A stretch of 64,000 nt of DNA, from positions 5,456,001-5,520,000 of the forward strand of contig NC_092673.1 of assembly GCF_964355755.1 (NCBI RefSeq). Reading direction: 5' to 3'. Origin of the DNA: Antedon mediterranea. Lineage: Eukaryota; Animalia; Echinodermata. This document shows, piece after piece, positions 35,749-48,727 of this stretch. The stretch's first letter is position 1. Every line of letters begins with the position of its first letter. The notes beneath the pieces are model-generated. The model saw only the letters and a list, made by a program, of their open reading frames with translations. It had not been told where the DNA came from and did not search any database. A program made the position numbers and the translations under genes.

Positions 35749-38700
35749 CCTCCAATTACAGGTAGGGAGAACAGAGATTTATATCTAGAGGAGTAAGAAA
35801 TGTTGTCTACAGCACTGACAGTTCTTTCTAAATAAGCCATACTGAAAAAGCAACTTAGCACAGTGAAAACACAAGTAAAAATGATTAAACATAAAAATGT
35901 ATATGCATGAGACCTATCTGGTATTGTTTCGACGTTTTGGAATTTACGAATATAGGCGGGCCAACCACATGTATAACAAGTGTGCTTAGGATCAGCTGTA
36001 GCATCAGGATCATCCCTAGGGATTCCTTTCAACCAAGGTTTAATGCAATCAACATGGAAATAATGGTTACATGGTAATATACAACACAACTTTTCGTTGT
36101 ATCGACGATGACACATGGAACAGTCTTTCATATGATCACACTGATTACATATCCATGGTTTTAGTTCTTTGATATAATCTTGGGAATGAAATTTTAACCA
36201 CCCCATCATTTCCAAATATTTATGTAGCGAGATGTAGAAGGGTATGTATCGATGAAAGAAGAAATAGAAATCTTTAGAAATTATGATTAGCCAATCCAAA
36301 TTTGATTCCTGCAAAATAGCATCAGATCTTATATGGTGCAATGCAAAGCCAACTACACTGCAAAACATAAAGTATGTTAAAACAAGTGGAACAGAGTACT
36401 GATAGTATATAAGCAGATCGATATGCATGTAGTGCGTAAAGTCAGAAACAAGAAATTGGCGAGAAGGGCTAAAAAGTCGAAAGACAATCACAATAATAAT
36501 TGATAATTCAACGTACTTTACACTTGTTAATGACAAAAAATACAAGCGTCGCAAAATACCTCCTCGTGTTAAGAAGAATTCTGAGATGCAAATGCAAGTA
36601 TACAGTATAAACAAACCTTGATAAAACCCATAAAACCCTTCTATGCATAAATATAAGTTATTGTATGTTAGAAATTCTCCACGTTGCTTACCATAATGGA
36701 CATAAAAATCTGGTGGTGCTAACATTATTAAAGAAGGCACTTTTATAGACTCGAAACTTTTGGGCAAATGAATCATCTTTTGTTTGGTTGATATAAATGC
36801 AAATCGATGCGTTAGCGAAAAGGTATATGCAAGGACGGAGTAAAATAGAGGTGGGTTCTTCGCATTTGAAAAGTAGAATACTTTAATTGGGGAACTATTA
36901 TTTCTTTTGTTTGCCTTGTCAAATCATTGCTGAAAATATTCAAGATTATGAAATATTCTGATGTTTGGTTTTAGGAGATTGTTTATTCTCAACAAGATGT
37001 AATCTGGTGAGCGTGTTTTATTGATATGTGTATAAGATGGGCCAAGAATAATACTTGGTTTATTCCAGCGTTGTGCATCACATAACCTGAAAATGAAACA
37101 AATAAAATAAATAATATTATCTCTAAAGATTGGTTATAGAATTTAAGGAAATAGCTTGATTAGCGAACGTCCGGGAATTGATCTAAAAAATTAGGCAAGG
37201 CCAATATTATAGGGCCCCTCCAGCTAAATTCATACTTTCTGTTTACCTACCCTTTATATATCTTGCAATTTATGGTTCCTGTTCTTATACCAAAATGATT
37301 TGCTTTTCTTTTAAGTTCTTCCCATTTTTCCTCAGATAATAATGGCGGAGATCCAACATCTATAGTCTAAAAAAAAAGATTGTTGTATTTCACATATGAT
37401 TTTCAATATTTCATAATGAAATTATCTAGGTATGTACTAACTTATAGGATATAGGAAGCTTTGAATTTGCAACTTCCAAATTAAGCCATGTTAGTTCATT
37501 GAGCACATATATACCTCTATACAGGTATTTCAGATACAAAAGATGAACAAATAAACATGCCACTGGATACCAACTAATTTGCATGAGAACAATCATTGAA
37601 TAATTTTCAAAGTAAAACCCCTGCAGGAGATATTTAAAAGCTATTTAACATACCTGAACTATAAGTACATTCTTTAACATTTCTTTATCAAAGCTTTCTT
37701 TGGATGTAAATATATTCGATTCAATATTTACATCTGCTGCCCACTGTTCTCCTTCAATAACATCACCTGTATAAAATTTGTTAAAGGTGTTGTTACCAAC
37801 TATCTTTGGTGCAACAATCAATTTAGATAAATCAATAAATTTTCACATAAAATCAACATAGAGGCCTACTGTACCTGATTGGAGAACTAAATCCACGAGA
37901 TCACTCTTCATAACAGCATATTTGTGGTCCACATCTCTCCAATCTAAAATTTTCTTCATCTGTTTCGTAGTTAACATACTCGGATCGATGACTGTGGCAG
38001 ACCAGAAACCTGTATTTTGCAACACAGCAATGAACAACAGAAGAAAAACTGCAAATTGTAGCGCTTTTCTGATGGATGTCCACGTTTCTCTTACCAAACA
38101 CTTAATTGCCGTTTGAAAACCTACAAAAAAGAACCAACAAAAATATGCAAAGGAGGTACAATGAAAAATATTCATTTATTTATCAACATTTTTTAACATA
38201 AATTACACAATTAAAAATAAATTAACTGTTTGATAAGGTCGCAAGCTAGAAGGCATTGCCTTGTATCATAAGAAACCTAAGGTCACAAAAAACCACAATA
38301 GGTAATGCATCAAGCAAATATTAAAAAGACACTACACCTACGTTTTTTGACCTAATTTAAGGTCACACACTACATTTTATGTAAAAATAAATACTATATA
38401 GACCTATTGCGAAAACAAATTGCAGGTCTAGTGTATTTAATTTTCTGTTTAAAAAAAGGAAACTAGGAGGTCTTTGGTAACACATTCTGGATGATTCAAT
38501 GGTGAACAACAAACAACTGCAAAGGTCAACTCCTAGTGCTTTGGTATTCATAAGTGACTGTTTATATGGTACACTAACTAAACATAGAAGAGGATATATA
38601 TAACAAATTATATATATCAAGAAAGAGTACAGTATATATTCAATAGACCTTGGTATGAAATTTAGCAAAAAAAAATATGTGGATTTGATTGCACTTGCAT

Positions 38701-38835
38701 TGCATTTACATTACAATGTCAAATTTAAATTTAGCCTAGGGGTTAGGTTATACTGGGTCAGTTACAGTAATGCAAAGTTATAATATTTATCAACATTTGT
38801 TCTTCAACAAACAATATTTTATAGTACTTACCCAT
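35730..38835 (-). pseudogene. Diverged RNF103 paralogue C with one in-frame TGA (exons 38832-38835, 37875-38120, 37654-37766, 37251-37366, 35730-37086)
   Basis: ATG G|GTAAGT micro-exon; 113- and 116-nt internal exons as in paralogue B; CAA TGA TTT GAC AAG GCA AAC at 36924-36926 where B has QWMDKAN; RING-H2 and hydrophobic tail otherwise intact. Confidence 0.75.
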
Positions 38836-41009
38836 TTTTCAATTTTCAGGTATTTTCTAAAATGGAAAGAAAAATTTGTTTAAAATAACTAAATGTTAAC
38901 ACACTAAATAAAGAAGTATACACAAATATTTAAAAATATAAAATGTTAAACAGTCTCAATATAAACTATTGATCGTGTTAATAAATTCACATTGAGGCAG
39001 ACGAAGTTTGAAATATTTGATTTTCATATCTAAGCTGCATGAGGAGCTATTTGATTCTTATCAACTACAGTATACTAATCTGTATATAGTGTATATCTAT
39101 ATTTTGTTAATGGCCTTTCCTCTATCACAGATTTCCTCAACTTTAGGCCTACTGTTTATAAATTCAATATTTGTTGATACGCTATTCTTTGAGGCACACA
39201 AAACGTTCTTATGTGGTATTTATTTTTCTTTTGAAGACTGAATTATAAAAGGCCCAGTCAAGGCCATTTAAACCTGCTGAAGTACGGGACGGTCTAACAC
39301 ACATTGTAATCTAAGTAAACGAAAAATGAATTGCTTGAATTCGTTTAGTAGGATTAAATGCTTAACAATAATACTTCTATTATTATCAGTACAGGCCTAA
39401 ATAAATGATACAAACGGCAAAATTTATTATACATAAATGAGTACTATAGTTGTACTTACAATTTACGTGTTGTCAGAGCAAAATACGGCTGGACAATGTT
39501 ACTCTCTTTTGCGGAAATATGTCGTATGTCGTATTCATGAAGTGATACGTTAACATAAGATCAAATTACACCGGTAGAATAAGGTCATGGTGTGAAATAG
39601 TTACAAATGGGGCCTTAAAAAGGTACTGTATGTATAACAGTTTCAAAATTCACAAGTTAAAAATCTCTCTGCTATATGGGCTGTAGCTCTTACATTTTAA
39701 AAATCAAAATTGTCTTATATGACCACTAAAGTATCTAAACAAATAAATCTATTTATAACAAATGACCGACAAAAACATCATATATTAAATAAATAACGGG
39801 GAAGGAGTGGGACAATTTTGATATTTAATTTTCATTTAGGGTTGCATGTCATATACTGTCCCTAAAGCAGGTTTTCTACTAGGCAAATCTTTTCCTGAGA
39901 TTTGAACATTCTATAAAATATGCACACAGTATCATGTCTAGCGACAATAAACAACCAGCAGTATCATGTCTTCTGACAGCAATTTGCATCCGATATGGGA
40001 AACTGTAGTATAGTTACAGTACAGATTATTTAGAGGATTTGCAGAATGTTTGTCGATACAATATGGGAAACATTCATAAGCTAAGATTGCATCCAATTTT
40101 TAAGTGAAAAAAATATGAATTATTGGCACAATTAATGTTTCTACTTTGCTTCTAAATGACCAAACTACATCATGTTAATTGATTGTGCGCATGCTGGGAT
40201 ATTAGGATTTGTTACCTACCTCCTCACATCGACACAGTTTTGGCGATTTTTAAGTCAAGGCGATTGAGAGGACCTAGTTAAGCTCTTTATTATCTGCTTC
40301 ATGGTATTAACGAAGTAGTGTTTGACCCACTAATCTTCATTGCAAACATTTATATTTTGCCGGATGTTGGTATGGTCAGCTTTCCCGATTCCATCACCGT
40401 TCAAAAACGGCAGCACACTTTGTACCTGTAACTGCTTAGTGTAAAGAAAACAAGGCCAACAGCCATAAGTCGCGTGCTAAAACGCATAGTGATACCGGAC
40501 CGACAGACAGACCGACTAAAACTAACGGTATAGCAAATCATTTGGCTGTATCTCAATTCGTTGATCGATGACAACATTTATTTTCTACAGCAAGAGAGCT
40601 CTGTGACTGGCACATTTGGTTATTTGGATCATTGTCTTTTTTGCCATCCCGTAGTTTCTTCTTCCAAGACTATGAAGAGCATGTGAAAAACCATGACATC
40701 TAACAAGTGTTACTGCTGTAAATTTAGTGTGGCTAATGGAATATTGAAATAGTCAAAGGTGTTGACCTAGCATCTAATTATAAAATTTTCTATCATGCTT
40801 GAATCTTTAAATCATAAGCACAGTTAACAGTGTCAATAACCTTATCCGAAACACAAAAATAAGAAGAGCAACAAATACACTTCATCATGTCAGAAGTTTT
40901 TAACCAACTTATATTTAATTTGTGTTTGGTTTAATAGGTAATTTAGGATAAGCCTTTATATAAATAACTGTATATTTAAAAACAAAATATATTTCTACTT
41001 CTGTAGATT

Positions 41010-44000
41010 TTAAAGGTCCAGTAAGTACTCAAACCTAAGTACTTCATCATGTAAGCTAAGAAAGTCTTGTCCAACCATTCTACTTAGATGCTTTAGCAAC
41101 CATGTGTATGAATAATGAAATCTTAGTCCTGATCTCCTAACGTCAAGTTTAGGATAGACAATATACGACTGGCTTTGTGACATTTTATCAAGTCTCTTTT
41201 GCAAATTCTTGCACACATGTTTTTTTGTTCCTTCGTCATTTGTTTCTGTAGTTGAATTCTGTTTCATTTTTTTCGTATTTTGTCCTATTTCATCATTATT
41301 TTGTTCATTTAGATTTGTAAAGTTTTGTTGATTACATATATCTAGGGTTTTAATTCGACTCCATGTTCGCTTAGTTCCTCTTTGAGGACTTGACGAAGAT
41401 GCAAGCATACTATCATATTCATCAACTGATGGTGGGACACATTCTAGAGAATCATCGCAAGATTGCCCTTTCTTCATTTGTGTCTTCCATATATCATCAT
41501 CATTGTCCTCTTCAGATAGATATTCTTCTTGTTTTTCCAACAAACAATTCTCTTGCTCTACGCAGTCTTCCGATGAGTTCAACCAACTAGAATTCTTTTC
41601 CCTAGCAGATGCAACGTGAAGAGTACTAGAATTCTTTTCACTAGCAGATGCAACGTGAAGAGCGTACCTCAGGGACGTTAGTGAGAAATCTTTACTTAAC
41701 AAAGCTTCCCTAATATATAATGACATACCGTCGTGTTTTGTAATGCAGTCTTCTGAAGTAACCTGCAGAGGGTGTTTATGTACAAATGATGATGCTTGGA
41801 CGTCCTGTACATCCCTGTTATCAGATAAGGCAACAAATGGTTTCATCATTTCATTTCTTGTTTCCATTTCTGAATAAAAAAATGAAAATATGAATAAAAG
41901 TAACAATTTGAAATTGAAATATAAAAAGAATTAGCAAAAATTCTGAAAAAAAAAACTCTTTAAGCTCTGTCTACACTATCAAACTGTGACAAAAATGTTA
42001 TGTGCCCATATATGGATATGATGTCATATCACTACCATATTTAGGAACATCACACCTTTTTTGTCAAACTAGTTTGATAGTGTAGACAGAGCTTTACTTT
42101 GCCAAGTTGTTGCAACTCGCATACAAAATCCAAGAGAACATAGCCTATACAAGTAATACTGTTTGCCTTTTACTTCACGTAAGGTAATTACCATACACAA
42201 GATTACAATCAGGATCATATGTTTGATGCATGGAATTTTTCAACTAGATCGTATCATATATGAAAAGTCTAAATTTGATTGGTAAAACACATTATAGAAT
42301 TACTTGTTCCATATGACCCAAACAAATTAAACTTACTATTTGAGGCCCATCCCTGAAAAGATGTTTCTCCACCCAACCACTTGTTATAAATATTCTTCTC
42401 AAAGTTAATGAATGGTTCTAAGTTCTGTATTCTCAAAATATTACTGAAAGAAACAAAATTAAAATAATAATGAGAGCATATAGTGGACAAATGTTTGATG
42501 TGCCCAAATATAGTAGTTATGTGCCCAAATATGTTAGTTATGTGCCCAAATATGGTAGTGATATGCCCAAATATGGTAGTGCTATGACATCATCATGTCC
42601 ATATATGGGCACATAACATTTTTTGTCACATAAAGTTTGATAGTGTATTTCTTTGTACAGCATTTAATATATTATTATTATATATTTATATATATTTGTA
42701 AACTCACCAAGCTTGTTCATGAACTGCTGTCTTCTGTTGCTCTTGAACTTTGACCTGTTGCGAAAGAACCCACTCATTCCAAATAAAATAATCACTACCT
42801 AATTTAAAAGGAAGATATTTCAACATACAAATATAAATATGGTTAAACATTTACAGCAACAAAAGCTTTTGAATTTATTGTGTAGATTTTTGTTATTATT
42901 GTAAAGACATTTAAGGTTTAACAGTTTAATACCATTCAATGAATAATAAAATGTTGCAATTTTGTAAATTGCGGCTAGTTGTTGTAAGTTTTATACCCGA
43001 ATAAATAAAAATAAATAAATAAAAAATATTAAATCTCATTTTTAATATAGGAAACAATAACGACATTGTCTCTCTACAAACACTGGAAATTTTGTTCTGA
43101 ATATTCAAATTCTTACCAGCTTCACAGCATTCGTTCACCCTCCTACATAATGATGATTGTTCGTATTCAAAATCATCATCTAAACGGAAACATAATTTTA
43201 AGACCACAACAATAGCTGCCAACGCTTCTAGTTCATATAATGGATGTCTTTTCTTATCTTTTCTCTTTCTTTTCGAACATTGTGAACGGTTTAACTTACA
43301 TAGTAGTATTCTCTTGGTCAAGGCAAGAATTTCATCTAGAGACAAAAAAAATAATCTTTTACAGATGTTTTCTTAATATATCGCTTTAACTGTAGAAACA
43401 GAAGGGATTATTAAAGATTTATTGTCCTCCCTGAAAATATATTTTTTTTGTTTTTAACATGACATTTTGCACATTATATTAAAAATTGGATCAGAAAAAA
43501 AAATGTAACTAAAAAATGTGTAATTTAAAGGAACCATTTTGGTTAAATTAACTGTTATCTTTTTATAAGTGAAATTATTAGGCCTATTATTTATAGTCTG
43601 ATTTTATTAATCTTCATTTTTCATGTTTTTTGGAAGACAATCCTCATTTATCTATTTAAAAAAATGTAAAATGCAGGATTAATAGTATTGTACTGTACTT
43701 AATATTACTCACTTGGTAAATTTAAATCGACTACAAATCTGGATACCAACAGGCTTAAACCAGGTGGTGGTAAATTTTCAATTAATAGATAAGTGGTTAA
43801 TGAACGCCATAGTTTCTCAAAATTTGGTAATCCTGGAATTTCCTAAAAAACAAGAAATGAATTTGTTCAGTATACAATAACTTAATACATACTGTAATAC
43901 CAGTCTTTATTTTATGCCACAAGAAATAATAAAAAAGTATAGTGTAGTGGAGCTGTAGCTTAGTGGTTAACTTGAAATCCCAAGCTCTAGATTTATCAAC

Positions 44001-47000
44001 CCATTCCCTACATTTTGTGACATTTTGTAAAAAATAATGCATATATATTACTTTAAAAACATTAAACCAGGTCATTCCTTGTCTTAAATGTACGTTTTAT
44101 GGTAAATTATGATGGCAAGAAAGTCCTCTCATAGATGGTCTTTAGGCCTAGCCTAGATAGGCTTAGTTTTGTGACAACCAAGTTCGGTTCCTTTGTTTCA
44201 GCCACTTAAGATTGGTTCCCATTAGGACACAACACAACTAATGTTATTATCCTGACTGTCATGCACTCGTATCATTGTGTTGGATACTAGTGGAAACCAA
44301 GCTTAAGGGATGTGCCCAAATATGGTAGTGATATATCATCATGTCCGTATATGGGCACATCAAATTGTTTTGTCACATAAAGTTTGAATGTAGACAGAGC
44401 TTAAAGAAATATTTATACTACTACTGCAAACTATACAAAAGAACACACCACCACATCTCGAAATAAAGCATCAGAATATATAATAATTATTAAGATATGA
44501 ATTGACAACATACTCGACACTTGAATTTTCTCTGTTCACTTGCTCCCATACTTGCGACAATGTAGTTCGGTAACAGATCATCCGTTCCATAGAAGGGCAG
44601 TTTACCAATCTGAATCCAACGTACAAGATCATTCATGATGATTGGTTCTTTAAGATATCGAAGTCCGATGTACAAGAAACAAACTAGGTGTCTCAAGCTG
44701 AGAATTCTAATGTGCGGTTCTTTGTTTATTTTACGTGCCATGGATATATGTCGATCAGAACATCCGCTTTTTCGTGAACTGGCGGTTGACCTTGCTGACC
44801 TCACAGAACTGTTTGATTTCATAGAAATTGCATCACTGTTATCAGCCACATTACTGTTCTGAGGAATACTGAATAGTTACTAACATATAACGAGTATTCT
44901 TTTATTCTCTATTAATAAATAATATACATATATTTAACTATATTGACTGAAATGTCAATTCAATTCAATTCAACTTAACATTATTTCTTCCTTCAAGAAA
45001 ATGAGGTAAACATAATAAATTCCAGTAAAATATATAACATGTCAATTGATGATAAAAAAAGTATACAGTTATCAATAAGAGGAAGTAGGCATCCATTTAG
45101 TGTGAGTGGCCAAGCGGTTCAGACAGTGGAACATTAATACCTTGCCATATTAACATCGGCAAGGGTTTGAGCCTCACTCGCTCAATGGTTCTGGTGATAG
45201 TCTTCTTGGATAAGGAATATAAACCAGTGTACACATCTGGCTCATGTGCACTTTAAAGACAAGTAGGGGGTTACTTAACTAGTCACTTAAGAGACAGAAA
45301 CATAACTCATCAAGGCCCCCTGATTGTCAGCATATGCTGTTTAGGGTCCACCTGTATAAATAACGTGAAATAAAAAAATAAATAAAACATTTACAAAACA
45401 AACAAGCATATTCAAAACTCAATGCTTCTGATACGGTTAGATATCAGGACCCTATGATATGTTAGCGCTACAAAATGAAATGTTAAACATAAGAGTGCCA
45501 GTTTGGATAATCCATTGCTTGTTGCTGGTCTAATTACTTGCAATTACGTCCTTGGGTTGTGTCATAGTGGGAAACAAGTTTAAGAGATTAAGAAAAGCAT
45601 ATACTTACTATGTTTTCATCTGTATCTAATCCACTATCCATGCCTTCCACCTTCTCCAGGCTATCCCGTTCGAGCTGCTTTTTCTGCTTAGCTTGTTCAA
45701 GTCTTTTGCGTTTAGCCTTTTCGCGTTCACGCACCTCAAGCTCCCTTTTCTCTGCTATCTTACGATACATAGACATCGTTTCGGTACTGGTCGTGCAAAA
45801 CGCAACACCAGACTTTTGTAAAAACTTGAACCAGATGGTTTTTACAACTTCCTTTAAAAACAAATAATTTTACCAATTCTCAATTTTATGAATGCAATTT
45901 ATGATGCCATGTTAACATATGTGTGTAAATTCATTGTAGAGTATAAGACATTTTTTTATAATTGAATAAATTAAGATTATTTAAAAAGGCGATATAACAA
46001 TCATGAACACTGGATTTCGAAGGAAAGCCTCTTAAGTAAATACATGGTGGTGGTGTCCTGTAAAAAATCAAATGTATTTAATCTTCAAAACTGACTTACA
46101 CTTAAATGATGAGATACCCCCATCGCAATCAGTGTCTCAATTTGAGCTTGTAAGATTATCTGAAATGCTTCATAACTCCACCATGGCTTAGACTTTGTCA
46201 ATTCAACAAGTAAGTCTAAAAATAAAATGTTTGATCAATCTTAAAGGTAATATAAATGCAGTAGGCAGTAACAGAATTTTATAAATTTTATTATTATTTT
46301 TTAATTTAGCTTGGCCTTAGTTTTAATATTCTAATCATATACACGTAAATGATAAGAGCCTGAACTTGTCTTTTTACTGATGTGGCTAAAAATTGCATTT
46401 CTCAACACATTCAGATGTACTGTACTGTATGTGTGCTGTTGAAAAACTTATTTTAGGGTGTTGTAAATCACACTCCCAGGCCTCAATAGAAAAATGCATA
46501 TAAGGAACTTTGTCAGCATACTGTACCTTTGCGTGGTTTAGCAGCGACTTTGACTGCTAGAGATCGACCACTGGTAATATTAGAATATGTAACTTCTTGT
46601 TCCAGTACTTGCATACTCTTTTTAAAAAATGGTTAAAAAGTAAAAAATTAGTAATCAAGTTAAAAATTATCCAACCGTATAAAAACAACAGACTAGCATA
46701 AGATTATTTACGGTAGTGTAATCAAAATGAAAATTTTTATCTGTTTTTCTCGCCACCTTACAACTATGATTTTTACAAATTTATATACCATGTTCTTGTT
46801 CACTGACTATGGGTTTCAACTGATTGTTAAATCCTTTTTTTTTGTGAATGATTGTAAAATTGTTTCTTTGTTTAAATAGGTTATGTAATTATTATGTGTC
46901 ATGAGGAGTCATGTTGAATTGAATAGTTCTGCAAAAAAACGAAGGAAAAAAGTTTTAAATTATAAAAAGACAAAATATACAGTTAAATTTAACCGACAAT

Positions 47001-48048
47001 TTGACTATTTTTTGCTTTATTTGCCTTATTTTTTTCAGCTAAATAAATTGTTTAACGATCTATTATGTGACTATATTAAAAAAAATATTTTTTAATTAGT
47101 GTCAATCAAATGTTTTTCAAACGATAGAATTATGCACTTGTCAATTTTATGACCCACTATACGACCCCCAGGAGAGGTGCGCCATGAGTGCGTCATTTAC
47201 AAATAATTACTGACGCAGGGGTGCGTCAAAAAACCTAGATGGTACGTCACATCAATGAACAAGGTGTGTCAATGTCCGTCACTTTACCACCCACCATATC
47301 ATAAACAACATGGTCACAGTGCGTCAAAATGGGTGCGTCATGGTCACCTAAAGGTAAGTCACCTTTTTGACGCACGGGTGCGTCATGGTATTCAAAAGTA
47401 TGACGCACATCGGACAAATGACGCACCTCTCCCGGGGGTCGTATAGTGGGTCATACAATTGATAAGTGCATTAGTAGTAAATAAATAAAAATACAATAAA
47501 AAAAGAGAAATTAATTATACAAAAAATACTATTATTTTTTATATTTATTTACTGTATTCTGTTTTTTTTGGCACCTGGTTTTAAGCAAATTACTGTTTAA
47601 ATTTTTAATATTTATATAGCGCCCTCTTTTGTTTGCACATCCATGCTTAAATAAATATTTCCATATTAATTATTACCTACAAAATTATACAAAGAGTATT
47701 TTTTCCAAAACAAGGGGGAACCGAACAAGGTGGGTTCTCTCATTTTCTCTTCACTTCTTTTATCAAACCAAAGATCTATTATTTACACCTTAGATTGCTG
47801 CATATTAAATGTTATTTTAACATAATGGGGTGAAACGACCAGAGACTTCTGGCAGTGTATATCGACTCGACTACACAGTGTGTGTGGTCCACACTAAAAA
47901 AAAGGAGTATATGACTAGCTAGCCTCTTATTAGTAAGTAGTAGGCCTAGTTCGGCTACCTGTGACTGAGTACTGCAAACATTACAGTAATATAAACCCCC
48001 TTCATCGTCGAAATCATCAACAGCATCACAAACATGGCAAACTGGCAT
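41010..48048 (-). CDS. TAF1B: TAF1B/Rrn7 (SL1 subunit), 10 exons (47959-48048, 46527-46617, 46100-46215, 45609-45851, 44514-44858, 43713-43842, 43117-43335, 42708-42798, 42304-42443, 41010-41869), ~774 aa
   Basis: N-terminal zinc ribbon CHVC...GLYYCNVC; WWSYEAFQIILQAQ; IWFKFLQKS; DLVRWIQIGKLPF; AAIVVVLKLCFRLDD..E; FHYSYTWLL; all phases consistent. Confidence 0.9.
41963..42093. mobile_element. MITE family A copy
   Basis: Perfect TIRs agctctgtctacactatcaaact, TTA TSD. Confidence 0.85.
45099..45382 (+). mobile_element. tRNA-derived SINE (Meta-SINE-like)
   Basis: A box tggccaagcgg, degenerate B box, ggataaggaatataaacc and tgcactttaaaga motifs, A-rich tail. Confidence 0.5.
47131..47472. mobile_element. 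MITE with ~55-bp TIRs
   Basis: atgcacttgtcaattttatgacccactatacgaccccc... / ...gggggtcgtatagtgggtcatacaattgataagtgcat; internal tgacgca repeats. Confidence 0.85.
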
Positions 48049-48727
48049 CGTTATTTAACAAAAAACTGTCTTGTAAAACTTTAAAAACTGGGAGCGCATG
48101 TGGCGCACAAAATGTAAACAACAACAACTCGCGCGAAGTTTAACAAAACAACGCCCTCTTTAGAAGCATAACCATAAACGAAAAAGATTGTTCATCATTA
48201 TAAAAAATAAATTTATAAAATACTTGTTATTTAATATGGATTGCCTAATAAAACAAGTACTATGTAGTTTTTTTATTTAATGCTTACATTATTTTTATAT
48301 GTTGTTTATCGTTATTTAAGTTTTACATTGTATTAGTTTTGATAAAGAGCACACGTGGTCATGAGATCAAGCACAGTGTGTGCAGCAGAGCAGAACCGTA
48401 CCACTGTACACACACAAGTTGAATGGAAAACGTAACTTTGTTTTCTGTACCATTGAGAACTGTCCCTGTTGGCCGACGTTTTCTTTAAAAACTGGTTTGT
48501 ACTAAACTTATAATATCGTTGTTGTTCAGTTGTTAGTGTTATTTTGTAAAAATTGTAAAATGTTATTGTAATATTCTGATGCTAAGAAAGGTGATGGTGT
48601 TGTCTATAATGTTAGGCCTGACCTATATAAATAAATAAATGTTATGTTGTTGTGGGGACACACCCCCTTTTCCCCAATACACAATAATACGAACACTTTC
48701 AATTTACTGTGTTTTAGTTTACCAACC
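48049..48727. promoter_or_regulatory. Bidirectional promoter region, TAF1B / SLC49A3
   Basis: Head-to-head ATGs about 680 bp apart; CGCG motif at ~48130; E-box cacgtg at ~48352. Confidence 0.55.

Noticed and set aside
43940-43990. tRNA-like start (gctgtagcttagtggttaa)
   Set aside because: Only an A-box fragment; no cloverleaf
47617-47628. TAGCGCCCTC as a CTCF site (also ~18817, 23972, 26591)
   Set aside because: Only half of the consensus is present; cannot be supported without ChIP data
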